Made by a program: the position numbers and the translations under genes
Assembly: GCF_037042905.1 (NCBI RefSeq)
Contig: NC_087247.1
Span: forward strand, 12,648,001 to 12,712,000
Reading direction: 5' to 3'
DNA: 64,000 nt
Source of the DNA: Lytechinus pictus
Lineage: Eukaryota
The notes under the pieces: model-generated
The model's database searches: none
Told to the model about the DNA's origin: nothing
Seen by the model: only the letters and a program-made list of their open reading frames with translations
Part shown: piece by piece, positions 1 to 13,800 of the stretch
How the letters are laid out: each line of letters begins with the position of its first letter
How positions within the stretch are numbered: the stretch's first letter is position 1

Positions 1-1739
1 GATTTGAATGCATTCACATCAACACCAAACATGACCTAAATTAATTCAGTCTTCTACTACTGGTGTGACTTATTATGATATAAATAGGACCGGGAAATAG
101 GGTGCCATGTGCTAGTTAATGAGAGAACTTGCAATGAAGGGTCCCCAACTCTGTTGGAAGAGTATATTGATGATCCAAACAATTCAAACAAAGCTTAAAA
201 TCTGCAATAACGCAGACATATCAAAGGCTTCAGCCTGGAAAGTAATCCCCAATACTGTAAATATCAGGCACGAGACGACATTGATATGACAATTGTCCTC
301 CCTATTCATTATTTGCAGGCAGTGACATGGGTGAATAAAGCTTTGTCATCGTCAACACAACCACAGTCTGTTTTATCAACCGGAAAATCCAAACTCGAAT
401 CGGAAATGGTCCATATTATTCCAATGCTAAAAATAAATGTTCAACCCTTCCGAGTTGAGTTGATCTAGAACAGAATAGAAATGGACTAACTTACGTTAAA
501 AAAGCTACCCCTGACGAGTAATATCACTATCCACAGCCCATGTCAAATGCTCTCTTATACAATCGCCCCAGGCTTCCAATTCAATGGAGCCGTAGACTGA
601 ATGTTACCGAAAGAGCATGAAATACTTGCTCGGGATTGCGTTAAGGTCCGACCGCTCACTCAAAGTCAAGTTCAAAGAGCGATCAAATAGATAATCTGTC
701 TCACTGCACGTAAAAGTTTGTCGACTCGGTCTATCTACAGATCCTCCCCCTGACCTGTACAACCAACTGGAACCAGTTCCGTGGAACCAGAGGTACATGG
801 TTCCACTCCACTAGGGAAGAATTCCCGGATTCCTTAATACGGTGCTCCTGAGAAATTGCTCTTAATAATAGTCTATGGAAAATGTTATCTCATGCCGCAC
901 TTTTCACTATGCATCATAAAGGTGGATTTATCCACCGCTTTGGTTTGCATACATGCCTGGATGGACACGTATAAAGGTTGGGGGTGGGTGGAGAGAATAT
1001 AAAGCGTTTATGAAGAGATGAAGAGGGCTCAGTATTTTTTTCGGGGGGGGGGGATAATGGTAAAATATTCCTGCAAAATTCACGAGTTTGTCAACTGAAC
1101 TTTATCTTTTGTCTAGGATACTGCGATCTGCTTTTAATACGATGTCAATATTCTTTTTCTGCTTTTAAAGGACTCTGGTTGAAAGATTTTATAGAACTGT
1201 CATTGAATTAAGTAACCGCACAGGAACAATATGCAACTTATTAATCGCCACTTGTCAAGGCGTCATTCTCAGAATTTGAATTAACATGGTATTCATATTC
1301 AGAATCTGTTTAGTTATAAGTCAAGAAGCGATTGTAACACACTTAAGTCCTACAAACACAAGTGAATTGCATGATTGCCATTTGTCTTTTCTCTTTTATT
1401 GTTTACTGTATCGTATTTATGTATATAGGCGCATCCCGTCACAAGCCTTTGCTTTTAGGGTTACACGCCTTCTTCTTTAAACCTATATGTACATATTTAT
1501 ATTCTTCATAACAAACTTATTTTTGTATGAATTAATGTTTACCAGAATTGTGGAAATTCGTGAAATGGAAGAAAATAAATGTTTTTTAATTGAATTGAAA
1601 TTCGAGTTTATTTTTACATTCATTTTTTTTTAGTTTCCAGGACAATGCATATGGGTGTTGTGAAGTGAGACATTGTCGAGTTTTCGAGACCACAGTGACT
1701 GCGCAGATGCTTTCTGGGACATTGATAATATATTGAAAA

Positions 1740-1981
1740 TGCCCGTTGCATGACAATGAACAGCTTAGAAGTCATTTCGAAAAGTGGTGCGCCGGGACAG
1801 CAGATCGTCTTAAGATTTGGAGCCGACTAAAAACTGCAAATATGTCGTTTGTCCAGAGACAAGGACGACATTGCTGCTTTGATTCACCGATTTTTGACAA
1901 AGGCTGCTTTGTCATGAAGGGTTTTTTACAATAGATTATCAACGTTCCAGAAAGTGTCTACGTAGTGGTTGTGAAAACTCC
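1740..1981. repeat. Interspersed repeat family shared with ~61875-62125 and 63378-63638
   Basis: Shared blocks CCGGGACAGCAGATCG, TCGTTTGTCCAGAG, TTTGATTCACCGA, GTCATGAAGGG, TCAACGTTCCA(G/C)AAAGTGTCT. Confidence 0.75.
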
Positions 1982-3139
1982 ATATTAATGACAAAAGAGG
2001 CAAACACAAATATTGACATATCCCTATTTGAAACACTGATTTTTTATTTTTTTAAAGAGAGAGGGGGGCATTTTTTAAAATAAATAATACATCAACACCT
2101 TCCCACTTTTGTGTAATGTTGAATACAACAGTAGCTACATGCACATGAGCTATTTTGTATCAAGCATTTTCAGGGGAAATTGGGCTTATGAATACGAGAA
2201 CACAACACAAACTCATTTAACATTTATACGAGAACACAACACAAACACATGTAACATATCAACTTTTTTATCACTACTTTTATAGTAATCAAATGTGATT
2301 GAAAGTCATCATGATCATGGTCATGGAAGAGTTACTAATGCAATTCCTGGCCGTAGAGGGCTACTTTCATCCTATGCCAGGGGCTGTGCCATAAAACGAT
2401 ATCGATATTTGTGACGGATTGCAATATATGTACATGAATTTCTCTAGCAGTCTAGATTTGAAATCACCATGAAATATAAACTTATTTTAAAACTTTGAAC
2501 CGAAAAGTTTGACAAATAAAATATGCCGAATCAATCCGTGCATCTGATTCAGACATATGTTTATTTATTACTTGGTAGTTTATTCTTCTGTCATCAACAA
2601 TATTTTTACAACACTCAAGTTATTATTATTATTATTTTATTCGGCATAATCAAACGCATAAACAACATATACAAACAATTAGGATAAGGAGAGTCACATG
2701 GATGCCGGGAAAGGAAAAAGATTAACTAAATAACTATAACCCGAAGGTCTTCCTTTCAAATCCATGTGACTTTACACAGATAACATACATGTAATACAAA
2801 GTTCACTATCAAACTGATATACATGTAAATTGTATTATATTTGTATACCAATGAAAATCATCACCTCTATCGTTTTACTGACTTTATATCCAATCTTAAC
2901 TATTTATGTACACGTACATACACATTTTCTATATAGACTCAAAGCCAACTGCTGCAATATTCCAAACATGATTTATATACATCGATGTAAATATAAATAG
3001 ATATGTAAATTTATTCTATACTCAATTTTATACTCATCCGAATGAATACAACTGTGTTTTCCGACAACATATGATACGTAATTATAGTCAACATGTTTTA
3101 TATTTGCAGTACTAATACAGAACAAACTGCTTTCCTAGT

Positions 3140-4895
3140 CTAGACGGTCGAATAGAGACTAGCGCGTCTAAAATCAGTATACTGGAGTCCGTTTATGTTG
3201 TTCGACAACGTATCGCTACCAAGTGCCTCACAGACATCGCGTGCCCCAGCAAGGCCATTCTTCCGCCAAGTTAAGTTGACGCTGACGGCTCGGCTACGGG
3301 ACAGAGACAGGCCACACCCTGCTGAAGATCTTGAAGAGAGCTGTTGGTTGGGTTGGTCAAGCATCACACTGGCGTGTTGGAAGCGACCTGACGAGAGAAG
3401 GCAAAGAAGAAGAGTGACATGAATTATTTCACAAACACCAAAATCCCACTTTTTCATTGGTGGTCATGATTTGTATTTCTTATCTTACTACACACCTTCC
3501 TACAAGAAAAGACTAATCCATTGCATATCATGAACAGAGTCAGGTTTCTTTGTTTCGGCGTCTGTCTGATTTCTGTTATCTTTTTATCCGACACCTTCCC
3601 TACTTCCTAAAAGAAAAGACAAAACCATTGCACATCATGAACAGAGTCAGGTTTCTTTGTTTCGGCGTCTTTCTGATTTCTGTTATCTTTTCATCCGTCT
3701 TTGACTTCTTGGTAGGCCTTTTTTCGGGTCTGTCCAGTTGTTGGCAAAAAAGACGTAATTGGCCTGACACTTTCCTAAATCTTTGATACCATGTATCGAG
3801 TCTCGGTTGGTTTATACTTACCTAGCTCTATTGCGAAATATGAAGGGTAATACCCTATGTACAATCAGTGGTGTGAATAAAATGTTTTAGAATAAGGCCC
3901 TATTTTCATACATAATATAAATAAAATCTATTCCTCTTTCTTTCGAACCAACCTATGATACCATCGACAGAAGATGTTAGGCCGGTATTATCAAGAACGT
4001 TGAATGTAAAGGCATCGGGCCGATGTCTGTCCGTGTTGGAATCCAGTCGTTTGCTCATTATCTCAAACCTAGCACCGTTCGCCAGCGACACTACCACGTG
4101 AAGTCCATTGACCTCCAGCGAGTGAGCTCCAAAGGTATACGCAGAGGTGATTCCCCAACGCAAAGGACGACTGGAGTCGACGGCTATACCACCAGAGTTG
4201 AACTTGAGGCGATGTCTGGATGGCTGGGGCGAGTTGAGGACAATGGCGATTTCGCCGATGTAAGTGCGATCTCTGTCTCCGAATCGACCAGAGACAGTGT
4301 CCCCGACGATTCGCCCATTCACAAAGATACCTGAAACAACAGATGAATGTATATCACAAAAATAGCAAAGTTCATTCAGATTTAGAATAGAATAATGGAC
4401 AATTGTACTCCATATGTCACTGCTAGATTCAAATTCAAAACCTTGATACACCTGATAATGTTTTCCCTTTTCCCCTCACAGTTTCTTTTTAAATCTAAAT
4501 CACTATCTTACCCGAGGACAGGGGGTCGGGTGGGACGGTCGAGGCAGAGTGCCCGGCCCCTCTGACATAATTTTACTAAACTTTTGTCGATGCTTGTCAG
4601 AAATTTGTTGCCCATCCAGACGAGTTTTTCCAGGTACGGCACTGATCCAGTAAAAGGAAAGAAGAAAAAACCTATCCAGACCTTTGTGACCTTGATGAAC
4701 ATGTACATGCGAGCAGCATGACATATAAACACTATTTCTTAAACAATATTTGATGCATTTATTATATTTATTTTAATGATATTTTCACGTCTTTACCTTG
4801 CAATGGATCTTCTAATAGAGCAATGACGTCATTGTCTTGAGGATCCTCGTCTAAGCACACGGTGATCTCAACCTTTGGTACAGCTATGGTGAATC
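3140..4895 (-). other. ITIH C-terminal-type domain (last three exons of gene 1)
   Basis: GFTIAVPKVEITVCLDEDPQDNDVIALLEDPLQGIFVNGRIVG...RTYIGEIAI...LTSSVDGIIGRF...SVNLTWRK...C aligns by eye with the ITIH C-terminal pattern FII.hP....hCF......hL.Lh.DP..Gh.VNG.hh...TYF...S..hHGhhGQF. Confidence 0.75.
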
Positions 4896-7800
4896 CTAAA
4901 TCAACAAAAAAAAAACGAAAATAAAATCATAAAGACCAATGCAATAGCCGTCACAATTGGTTTCTCTACATTGTCAATTATATTGTAGAATATTTATAAT
5001 TACCTTTTCCTTGATATAGAGTTTCCAAACCGTTCAATCTTTTGGGATCCTATTGTGAGCATGGTTTGTTTAAAACAATCATATATTTGTTTTAAAAAAT
5101 GTAAAAAAGGAAAAAAAAACTACTATATTCTATAAAATGATTGGAAGAGTATGACTGGATGCAAATTACAGTTTGGAGGCCGAATGGTAAGGGCAAATCA
5201 ACTCACGTCTACATTAATATCTCATAACTCTTGCAACGTGAGAACGAACATGTAAACTAACGTCATTTAGAAGAGATGAATAAAATAAATAAAGGTAATT
5301 CTAGATCAGCAAAGACTGATGTTTATCCAATACTGTAGCTCATTCATGCATCCTGGCATTGATCGTAATGGAGAGACATAGGGTAAGAGTAGGAAGTGAG
5401 GGTTGGGCGATAACTTCTCCTCCACTAAGAACCCCTTTGTCCTCCCCAGTTTCCTCAGTTTGAATTACGATTGACAATTTTCTTGTCCCCCCTTGCACCC
5501 CAACATTTTCCACTTGCCCCCTAAATTACTCCTTTCTTCTAAAATCCTTGAGCCGCCCAAAAAGGAGACGTTGTATTACCTGCAGAAAGAGGTTCTGGTG
5601 CAGGGATAGGAGCAGGTGGGATGACGGTGTAGTTCCTGGAGAGTGTCTTTCGAGCGGTACGGGGCAATGGTGAGGTGATGACTCTCATGCCAAATGGATT
5701 CACCCGACGTGATCCCTGGTCATCTCGACTGATCAACAACGCAGTAGAAGGGTTGAAGAATCTGATTGAGTTGATAGATTACTTTTAAATAAATAATACA
5801 CGACTTGGGATCATGCATCCACAAGTGGAAAGCAAAAATGGTGATTTGATATACATGAAATGACCTCGTTACTCGCATGACTTCTTCAATTAAACGTAAG
5901 AATCAACTCTGTTGACAGTCAAGAACTGCAACCCACTGTGTGATGGATTTGCATAACAGTAGCTCAGTCTCAATTTATAATTAACTTGATAAAAATCACA
6001 ATAGCAGAATAAGCAACAAAGTAAAACACACCGAGGTATTTGTCAAAGAATACTATCCTTGTGTAAATGGATTCTTGGAAATATCCCAAGATAAAAAAAA
6101 AGTTTTATGGTTAACCTTTAATCAAAGACTATTTTCCAGCAAAACAGCTAGATTCGGAATTCACACCTGTACTGGACGGACTTGTCTTTGATTTCACTAT
6201 CCCCGATCATGCTGTAATCTGGTGATTCTTCTGCAAGAGCTTGTTCATTCTTCAAGGATTGGATGATGTGATAAGCCCAGATCCTCTCTATGATATCCTC
6301 CGGCACATCTTCACCAATCAGAGCACGAGAGGGAACCTGGAAAGAGAAGAGCAATAGATTAGTAACAAGAGAAAAGGCCAAGTTACTAGATCCATAGAAC
6401 TGATGGGGAGCGTTTCATCAACATTTCCGTCCGACAAGTTGTCAGATCTGATATCTTTCCTTGAATCTGATTGGCTGAGAAGCACCAGTACTATGGTAAC
6501 TGTCGGATGAAACAGTACTTGTCGGATAAAACGTCTGACGATTCCTTTCATGAAACGCTGTCCTGAATACCGATATTTAAATGACCCACGTTTGGAATTC
6601 AGTAGATCCACCAGTGAGTGCTAATAACCGGGCGGTCGTTTCATGAATTCGCCAGTGCTTGTCATAAATAAAGTGGCACGGAGTCATCAGGTTTTTCAGT
6701 TTGGGTTACATTGTTGGTGTACGTATCACTGATGAGCATTTACATTTTCATTTGCCCCCCCAAAAAAAAAAAAAAAAAAAAAAAACAGTACTATATGACA
6801 AAATTTATAACAATAATAATCATGATATATGAAGAAAACTTAATTTCCTTTACCTGGATATTACCATGTCCTCTAAGAGTAACCGGATCGTTAGTGGTCC
6901 TTCCGTAAACATACGAGTTGAGTGTATCATACGGCGAATTGGGCAGGAGTTTACCCACCACCGTCAACTCGGATCCGTTGAAGTAGTTTGAGAAGGTACG
7001 ATCGCTGAGTGAGTTTGGTTCGATTCCTCGAGAGTAGCGGAATTCTATGTCACGGAGCAGAGGGGTAGCCACCTCGTAGTAGAAGTTCTCGAGGTGTTCT
7101 CCGGCGTCGGCGCGTTCGGGAATCCGGCGTGCGATACCATGGTTCTAGGTAAAATGGTATGGATTATGAGTCGAAATCATCTAACATTTTGTTTTAAGGC
7201 ATCAATGAATACTGAAGTTGTAACTTGGAGAATTTCATTTTTAAAAACTGATCTGTAAAACACGAACAGCTGATATGACCATGCATGTGTAGCACGTGCG
7301 GCGTTTTATGATTTTGTTTTATCCCTCTAAGGGGGGAGGGGCTTGGTAGACAAGACAACGCTCACCAATATCCATAGGCTGCTATACGAAATTCAAAGCC
7401 TTAGACACACGTCTCTCTGCCCCCCCCCCCCACCACCCCACCCTGGATCGCCGCCCATGATGTGTAGTGAAAGGAAGCAACATTGTTCAGTATTCAGCTC
7501 TTGAATACCTTTGCATGCAAGAGAAAGCTCTGACATTTTAGGTTCTGCAGAGGTAGTTCCGTTCTTCATCTCACCTGCAAAGACAGTCTTCTCAAGAAAG
7601 GGTAGTCAGCATCAGCACCGAAGCCGATACAAAAGAGCGAGAAATCACCATTGATCGCCTCGTGGACGTTACGTTCGATGATTGTTTTGTCAATCTCGCC
7701 ATGGTTCGGGTTGCCATCGGTGAGGACGATGAGCATGGAGACGATTTCCTCGTCTTGTGGATCTTGCTCGCTCTCGGTACGTAGCATCTCAACTCCGGAT

Positions 7801-10800
7801 ATGATGGCCTTGTGGAGGTTGGTGTCTAAGAGGTCGGAACAAAAGCGGTGACGAAATTACACACTGCCTCAGATCTCAGTTATACCTCATGCTGACTGAT
7901 GAAAACGAATACACAAGTTACATAATCTGTACCACGAAATGGTAAAAATCGAATATACCATTGATTGAACTATTGATTAAAGGTGAGATCTTTGTCTTTG
8001 GTCTACGATTGACATTATTTTTACTGCGAATTTTCTGCTACAAGACATTGATTCTCCTTATCAATCTTCTTCGACACCTCTACCAATGCTGATATCATGG
8101 ATATGGAATCAAATCATCATCATTCAATGACCATCTTGTTATGATCATCAGGAATCAATTTTTCTCAGTGTGACCCGTTCTTGTAACTTTCGACAGATGA
8201 TCAAAGGCTCAACTCTGATCTTAATGCAATATAGCTAAAAACTCTACTGTGCAAGATAAACGTTTTGATAGCAATTCATCAAACATTAGTACAATGTCTG
8301 AGAAGAAAATACATCGGTTCACAACCATAAATGTCAATTACAAATTGCAAAAACAAATTGATCCCATCGTCCTTTAAGGAATAACCATAAAACAAACGCA
8401 GAGCTCTTCTCCTTATAGATGGTAATTCGCTTGTTTTAAAGAGATTAAAAAAAAAGACTTACTAGCCATTTCCTACTTACTGTCCATTTCCTGAAGACCC
8501 ATGACGAATCTCTTCGCCCTGCGTACATTCTCCTTGGTGGAATAGAGCATCCCAGAACGCTCCAGGAAATGAACATCATCGGAGAAGGGCAGGATATTGA
8601 ACTTGTCCGTCTCCGACATATCATCCAAGATGGTGGACAAGGCATCCTTGACCTGAGACAGTTTGGTGCCCGACATCGAGCCGCTGATGTCGATGACGAA
8701 GATGATGTTCTTGCGGAGAACCGAAAGACCTGATGGCGAGAAGTACTGGACGAAGTAGTCGTTGAGGACCTGTGGTGTTTGGAAACAGTGGCAGATAGGA
8801 AACGCATCGCATGGGACCGTGGAGCAATGACAAAGAGACATACTGATGTTCTCGAAAATATTACTAGTGACAACTAGATAATTACAACCTTCGTTGACGG
8901 ATGATCACATACATCAAGTTCATAAAACGAAATGGAATGAAAGATTAAAGCGTATAAATGCCGTCGAATTTCATCGAATACGACAACAATTTCAGATTCT
9001 TTATCAATGAAGCCAAGAAAATAAGGTAAAATATGAATAACGCTTCCATTTGTCATTAAGTATCACTGTAGTTACTACTACTCCGGCGACCTTGCTAGTA
9101 TTCACCTGTATATCACCGGCATCATTGCCGTGGGTGACGTCGTACTGCACGGTATAGTCAGCCATGATCCCCATAGGGGACACACCCATCTGTTCTCGCG
9201 CCCTGGGTGAGTAATGAACCTCCCATCGATTGCTGTTACGTTTCTGGACACTACGGGCCAGTGAGATTGGATTGGATGCATCGGACTGGTCGAGGAGGTA
9301 ACTGTCCAGGCGAGATAGGCCTTGAGGTTCGATGATGATGGTGTCCAGGTTCATCACTTCAACTACCTTTGATTAAGAGCATTAAAGACGTGGTAGTTAC
9401 AGGATGGAATCTCATTTGTTTTCATTATTTTTTTCAATTACTTGATGATTTTGCTTTTCATATTAAATGGCCAACGGTAAATAAAGAGATGTGTGAAAGC
9501 ACAAAATACAAATCTTTTACGGAACACATAATACGTAGTACGTCTCCTTTCATACTGTGGTGAAAGCATGAGGAGACCTTGTCATCCCCCATCATATTTG
9601 ATAATAATGCTTTGAAAGTTGCTTTGATGATTTTCATCATAAAGAAAACGGTTTAACTGAGGAATACCGCTGGCTAGCAAATCGTAATATTGTTTATCTC
9701 AATTAGATTTTTGTCACATTGTTCATGATATTAAAAAAAAAACATGTTCTTCATCTTTAAGCAAGGTAAATGCAATGACTGACATTCTTATCTGTACCTG
9801 TTCTGGGAAGATCCCGATCTTCTGCTCGTACAATCCAAGGCGTCTTGGTAACTTTCGTTCGTAGGTCAGCCGGAAGTACGCCCTCTCACCTGGTTCAACT
9901 GGAACAGCTATCACCAGAAGATTGTTCTCAAGATCACCCCTGAAGAGAGACGGACAGAAAGAAAGATAAAGGTTGAGGGGAAATATGAAGAACATGCAAG
10001 AAGTTATGAGGTAAGGAATGTGATAGAGAAAGAAGGAGAGTACTGTTATCGATGTGCGTGTGGGTGTGTGCGTATAAGAATGCTATGTGTAGGTGTAGGT
10101 ATGTGTGTTCCAAATTTAAAACATTGTCGCCAAACCATATCCTGAAAATATTGTTTAATGATAAACTTTCGTCTTTGCTTCGTTGCCTTCGGCTTTTATT
10201 TTGAATAAACAGAAATGCCAACAGAACACCAGTATAATACTGGAAGAGGTGATTAAAGATACTTACAATGGTGAGAGAATTCCTCCACTTCTTCCTATCT
10301 CTAGTTTTCCCAGCCCCAGTCCGGCAGTATCTTGTGGGTCGGTCACTTCACTGGTATACACCTCTCCGTTAACCGTTCTAGTTAGAAAAAAAAAACATGA
10401 ATTTAATTTACGTTATAGTTTAAACGAATTTTAAACGTCATTTGCATAGTTTATAAATAAGAAATGTTAATAAATATGTATTTCTTTTATCTGTGTTTAT
10501 GACTTTTTGTAACATTGAAAGGTCATGCATTATCCTATTAAAACAGTGATATCTTTTAAGAATGTCTTAACAGACATTAAATTTAGATTGAAGGCTAATT
10601 ATCCTCTCCTAACACACGATGTTTTACTCTACAAAAATACATATTAAAAAAAATATCGAATCACCAACTATATGATCACGAAATCCTGAATGGGTGATCA
10701 TAATGTAAAGCATTATGGTGCTATTGCTAACGATAAAAGACATAATCAGTGTTATTGTTTTGGCTTGTCTAAGCAATCATTTCAAATCATTGCAATTACC

Positions 10801-13800
10801 ACACGATGACATTATCAATGAATTCCAAATCAGTGTTTGAACTATTAGCAAGCGTCATGAGTTTACATTGTGAGATTAGAGATGAAGGCATCTTCTGGAA
10901 GTTTTTGTTTGAAGACCGCATGCCCTGGAACCCTTCCTTCATTCTGCATTTCGACCTCGACAGTCGTTATTGCATAACGTAGGATGATCAAAGACATTAC
11001 GTTGAAAAGAACAATATTGATATTTTCCTGGAAAGGGGAAGAAAATAATAGAAATAACTTATTTGAATTGTTCGTCTATGTGTCAGACTTCCGATGTATG
11101 TTTTATTTTATCAACAATTTGTTTGGAAAAGGGGATGAATAGAAAAAGAAAGAGTAAAATAGATTAGTCGAGTACCAATTACGAGCTATTTGTAAGATTA
11201 GGTTTTTACTTACATCGTTTTCCATTGCTAGCGGGGCATCTTGCAATTTTACAGGAGCTGTGGTCGGTCCATTCTTGCCTTGAAAAAAAAATTTAAAGGT
11301 GTATCAATTAAAAGATTATAAAGTTGTCACTCGTCAGTAATAACTTCTAAGACTAGAAAGTTGCTCATAAAACGACATGATTTGCGATAGTAGTACTTGA
11401 GAATTTCGAGATTTAAAAATGTCTTAAGTCGTTGACTTGCATTTTTCTTTCAGCGGATAACTTATATTCCTCTTAGACGATAATATCATGGATGAAGTTT
11501 TTGGAGAATACATATTTCCTCCAAAATGATAGAATAATTAGCAGTCGAAAACGACATGATGGTACTAAAAATGCTTTTATCTAGGGTTATTGGAATTTTT
11601 CAATTTGAATTCGTCACTTGTATGTCGTGTATGTTACAGGCCTAGATTATTAAAGCGAAACAACCCTGATCTCACCTATTGCTTCTTTCAACAGATCTCT
11701 GGCACTGTTGGCCAAACTGTAACCCGGAAGTGGAACATCGTCGCTATTGCTTCCGTCGATCACGTCTCCCGTTCTTGGGTGTCTCAGAGCCAATGGAGTA
11801 AGCGGGGTTACCAAGTTATATCGCTTGGCAAGGACGATGATACGCTCTGCAATGTCGTCACGTTCGATGGGATCCCTGCTCCTTGCGTACATGTCGATCA
11901 GATCCTCAAGCCGTTTCATCACCCAGATGCGTTCAACCACGTTTGGTACCGTCCGATGGTAAGACAGTTCCGGAGAAGTTCTCTGTATATTCAAGAAAGT
12001 TTCGTTTCAAAAGGGTAGTCACATCAATAATCATATGATTGTTTTCCAGTGAAAATGTTTTTACTATTATTAAAGCACATTTTGTAAAATGCGGAGATAT
12101 TGTATTACCGTGATTACGCTGGGGTACTTGAATTCTTATCAAATAAAATTTAAGATGCAATAATTCACAAGTCTGCACTAGCCATTCATCTTCTTATCTC
12201 ATTTATGGGGGAAGCTTTAATAAAAAAATGTTGTTTTCTTAAATCATATAAATTCCATTATGACATAAGGTTTACAGCCTTAGCTCGGCACACAAGAGAT
12301 GAGACTGATTTTGCCCTGACGTAACGTCATCACAAATTGCGCGAACCACCATAAACCACCCACAGATGATAACAAACTTACCCTGATATCTGAATTGACT
12401 CTGGTCTGGTCGGGTCCGTCAGTAGATATTGAATCTATCACCCCTCTAAGATAGTTTGATGGTGGATTGTCGTCGAGTCTCCCGGCTATCACAAGCTCCG
12501 ATCCATCGAAGTAGACAGGAAAGCGCCTCTCTGTCAGGGTGTCAGGGTTGACCACTCCGCCTGGATACCTAGCGTGTGATTCAGAGGGGATCAAGGAATG
12601 AGAGGTGTCAACACCATTGGCGTAATCATACAAATGCATATTGTTCATTCGTTATATGGGGGTGGTAGCGACAACTATGCTAAATTACCGTTTGCATTTT
12701 GGGGAATGAGCTAAGGTGTTTAACGTTAACGCGGAGGTACGGCGACCGATGTCACAACGGTATTTTTGCTCTCCTAAAAAGTCGATTAAATGACCGAACA
12801 TTTTAAAGGATATCTTTGAAGACATTCAATAACGAAGTGGATGTTACTATACATGGGGGTAAAAATTACCTCAGAATCTACAAATTTCGGAAGGGTTTGT
12901 TTGTTTGTATGGTTATGACTTGCTGCGCTTTACTTCACTTGTGTTCTTGATTAGGGTGACTGTCGAACTTTATGGAGAAAATTCAGCTCGTTAGTTTAAA
13001 TAGCTTAAAACGATCATCCTTTAAGCACTCTATCAAACGATCATCCTTTTAACACTCTATCAAATAAGACACAAATCGTTGCTAAAATTATATCAATGAA
13101 TAACTCTTACTCCATGGACACATCGAACAAGAGCGGTCGATACAGCTCTAGATAGAAATCACGAAGCTGTTCTGTGGCACTGGAGTCTTCGTAGATCATC
13201 CTGGCAATTCCATTGTTCTCGTAAGCCAGCTTGACAAGAAGATCGAAATCTGCCAGTCGACCGAACCCAAGCGTGTAGAGGGAATGCTCCCCAGCGATAG
13301 CCTCCCGGGCGTTGTCGAGGATCTCTTGAGGATCTGTGACGCCCACCGAAGGGATGCCGTCGGTCAGAAGAATGATCATACTGAGATATTCGTCACCCGG
13401 TCTGTTGTACACAGTCTCGCTGTCTAGGAGCTCATCCGCTCTCAGAATAGCCTCGTTGAGGTTCGTTTCTAGGAGAATAGAGTGATTATCAATTGATTTT
13501 ATAGTATGTACACATGTACATGAACAAATTTCTTGCTTCAGTATTAAGACCAAGGCAATGTATGCGCAAAATTAGAACCGTCGGAAATTGAAATGACGTA
13601 CCAAAGAAGCACATTGATCGTGTTATTGCAAGTTTATAACCAAGATTTGGGGAACGATAAAACGAAACCATCAAGATAATGAAAGAAGATTAACAAGGAA
13701 AGTTAGCAACTGGACAATCCAGAGTGGAATTGAAGAACGTAGAGAGAAGGGGTTTTCAGGAGCATCTCTCTAGCATCACCAGATGTCAAATTCTACGAGC

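Noticed and set aside
1-1000. Possible decayed retroelement or coding sequence at the window start
   Set aside because: Short ORFs with no clear motifs or consistent splice structure.
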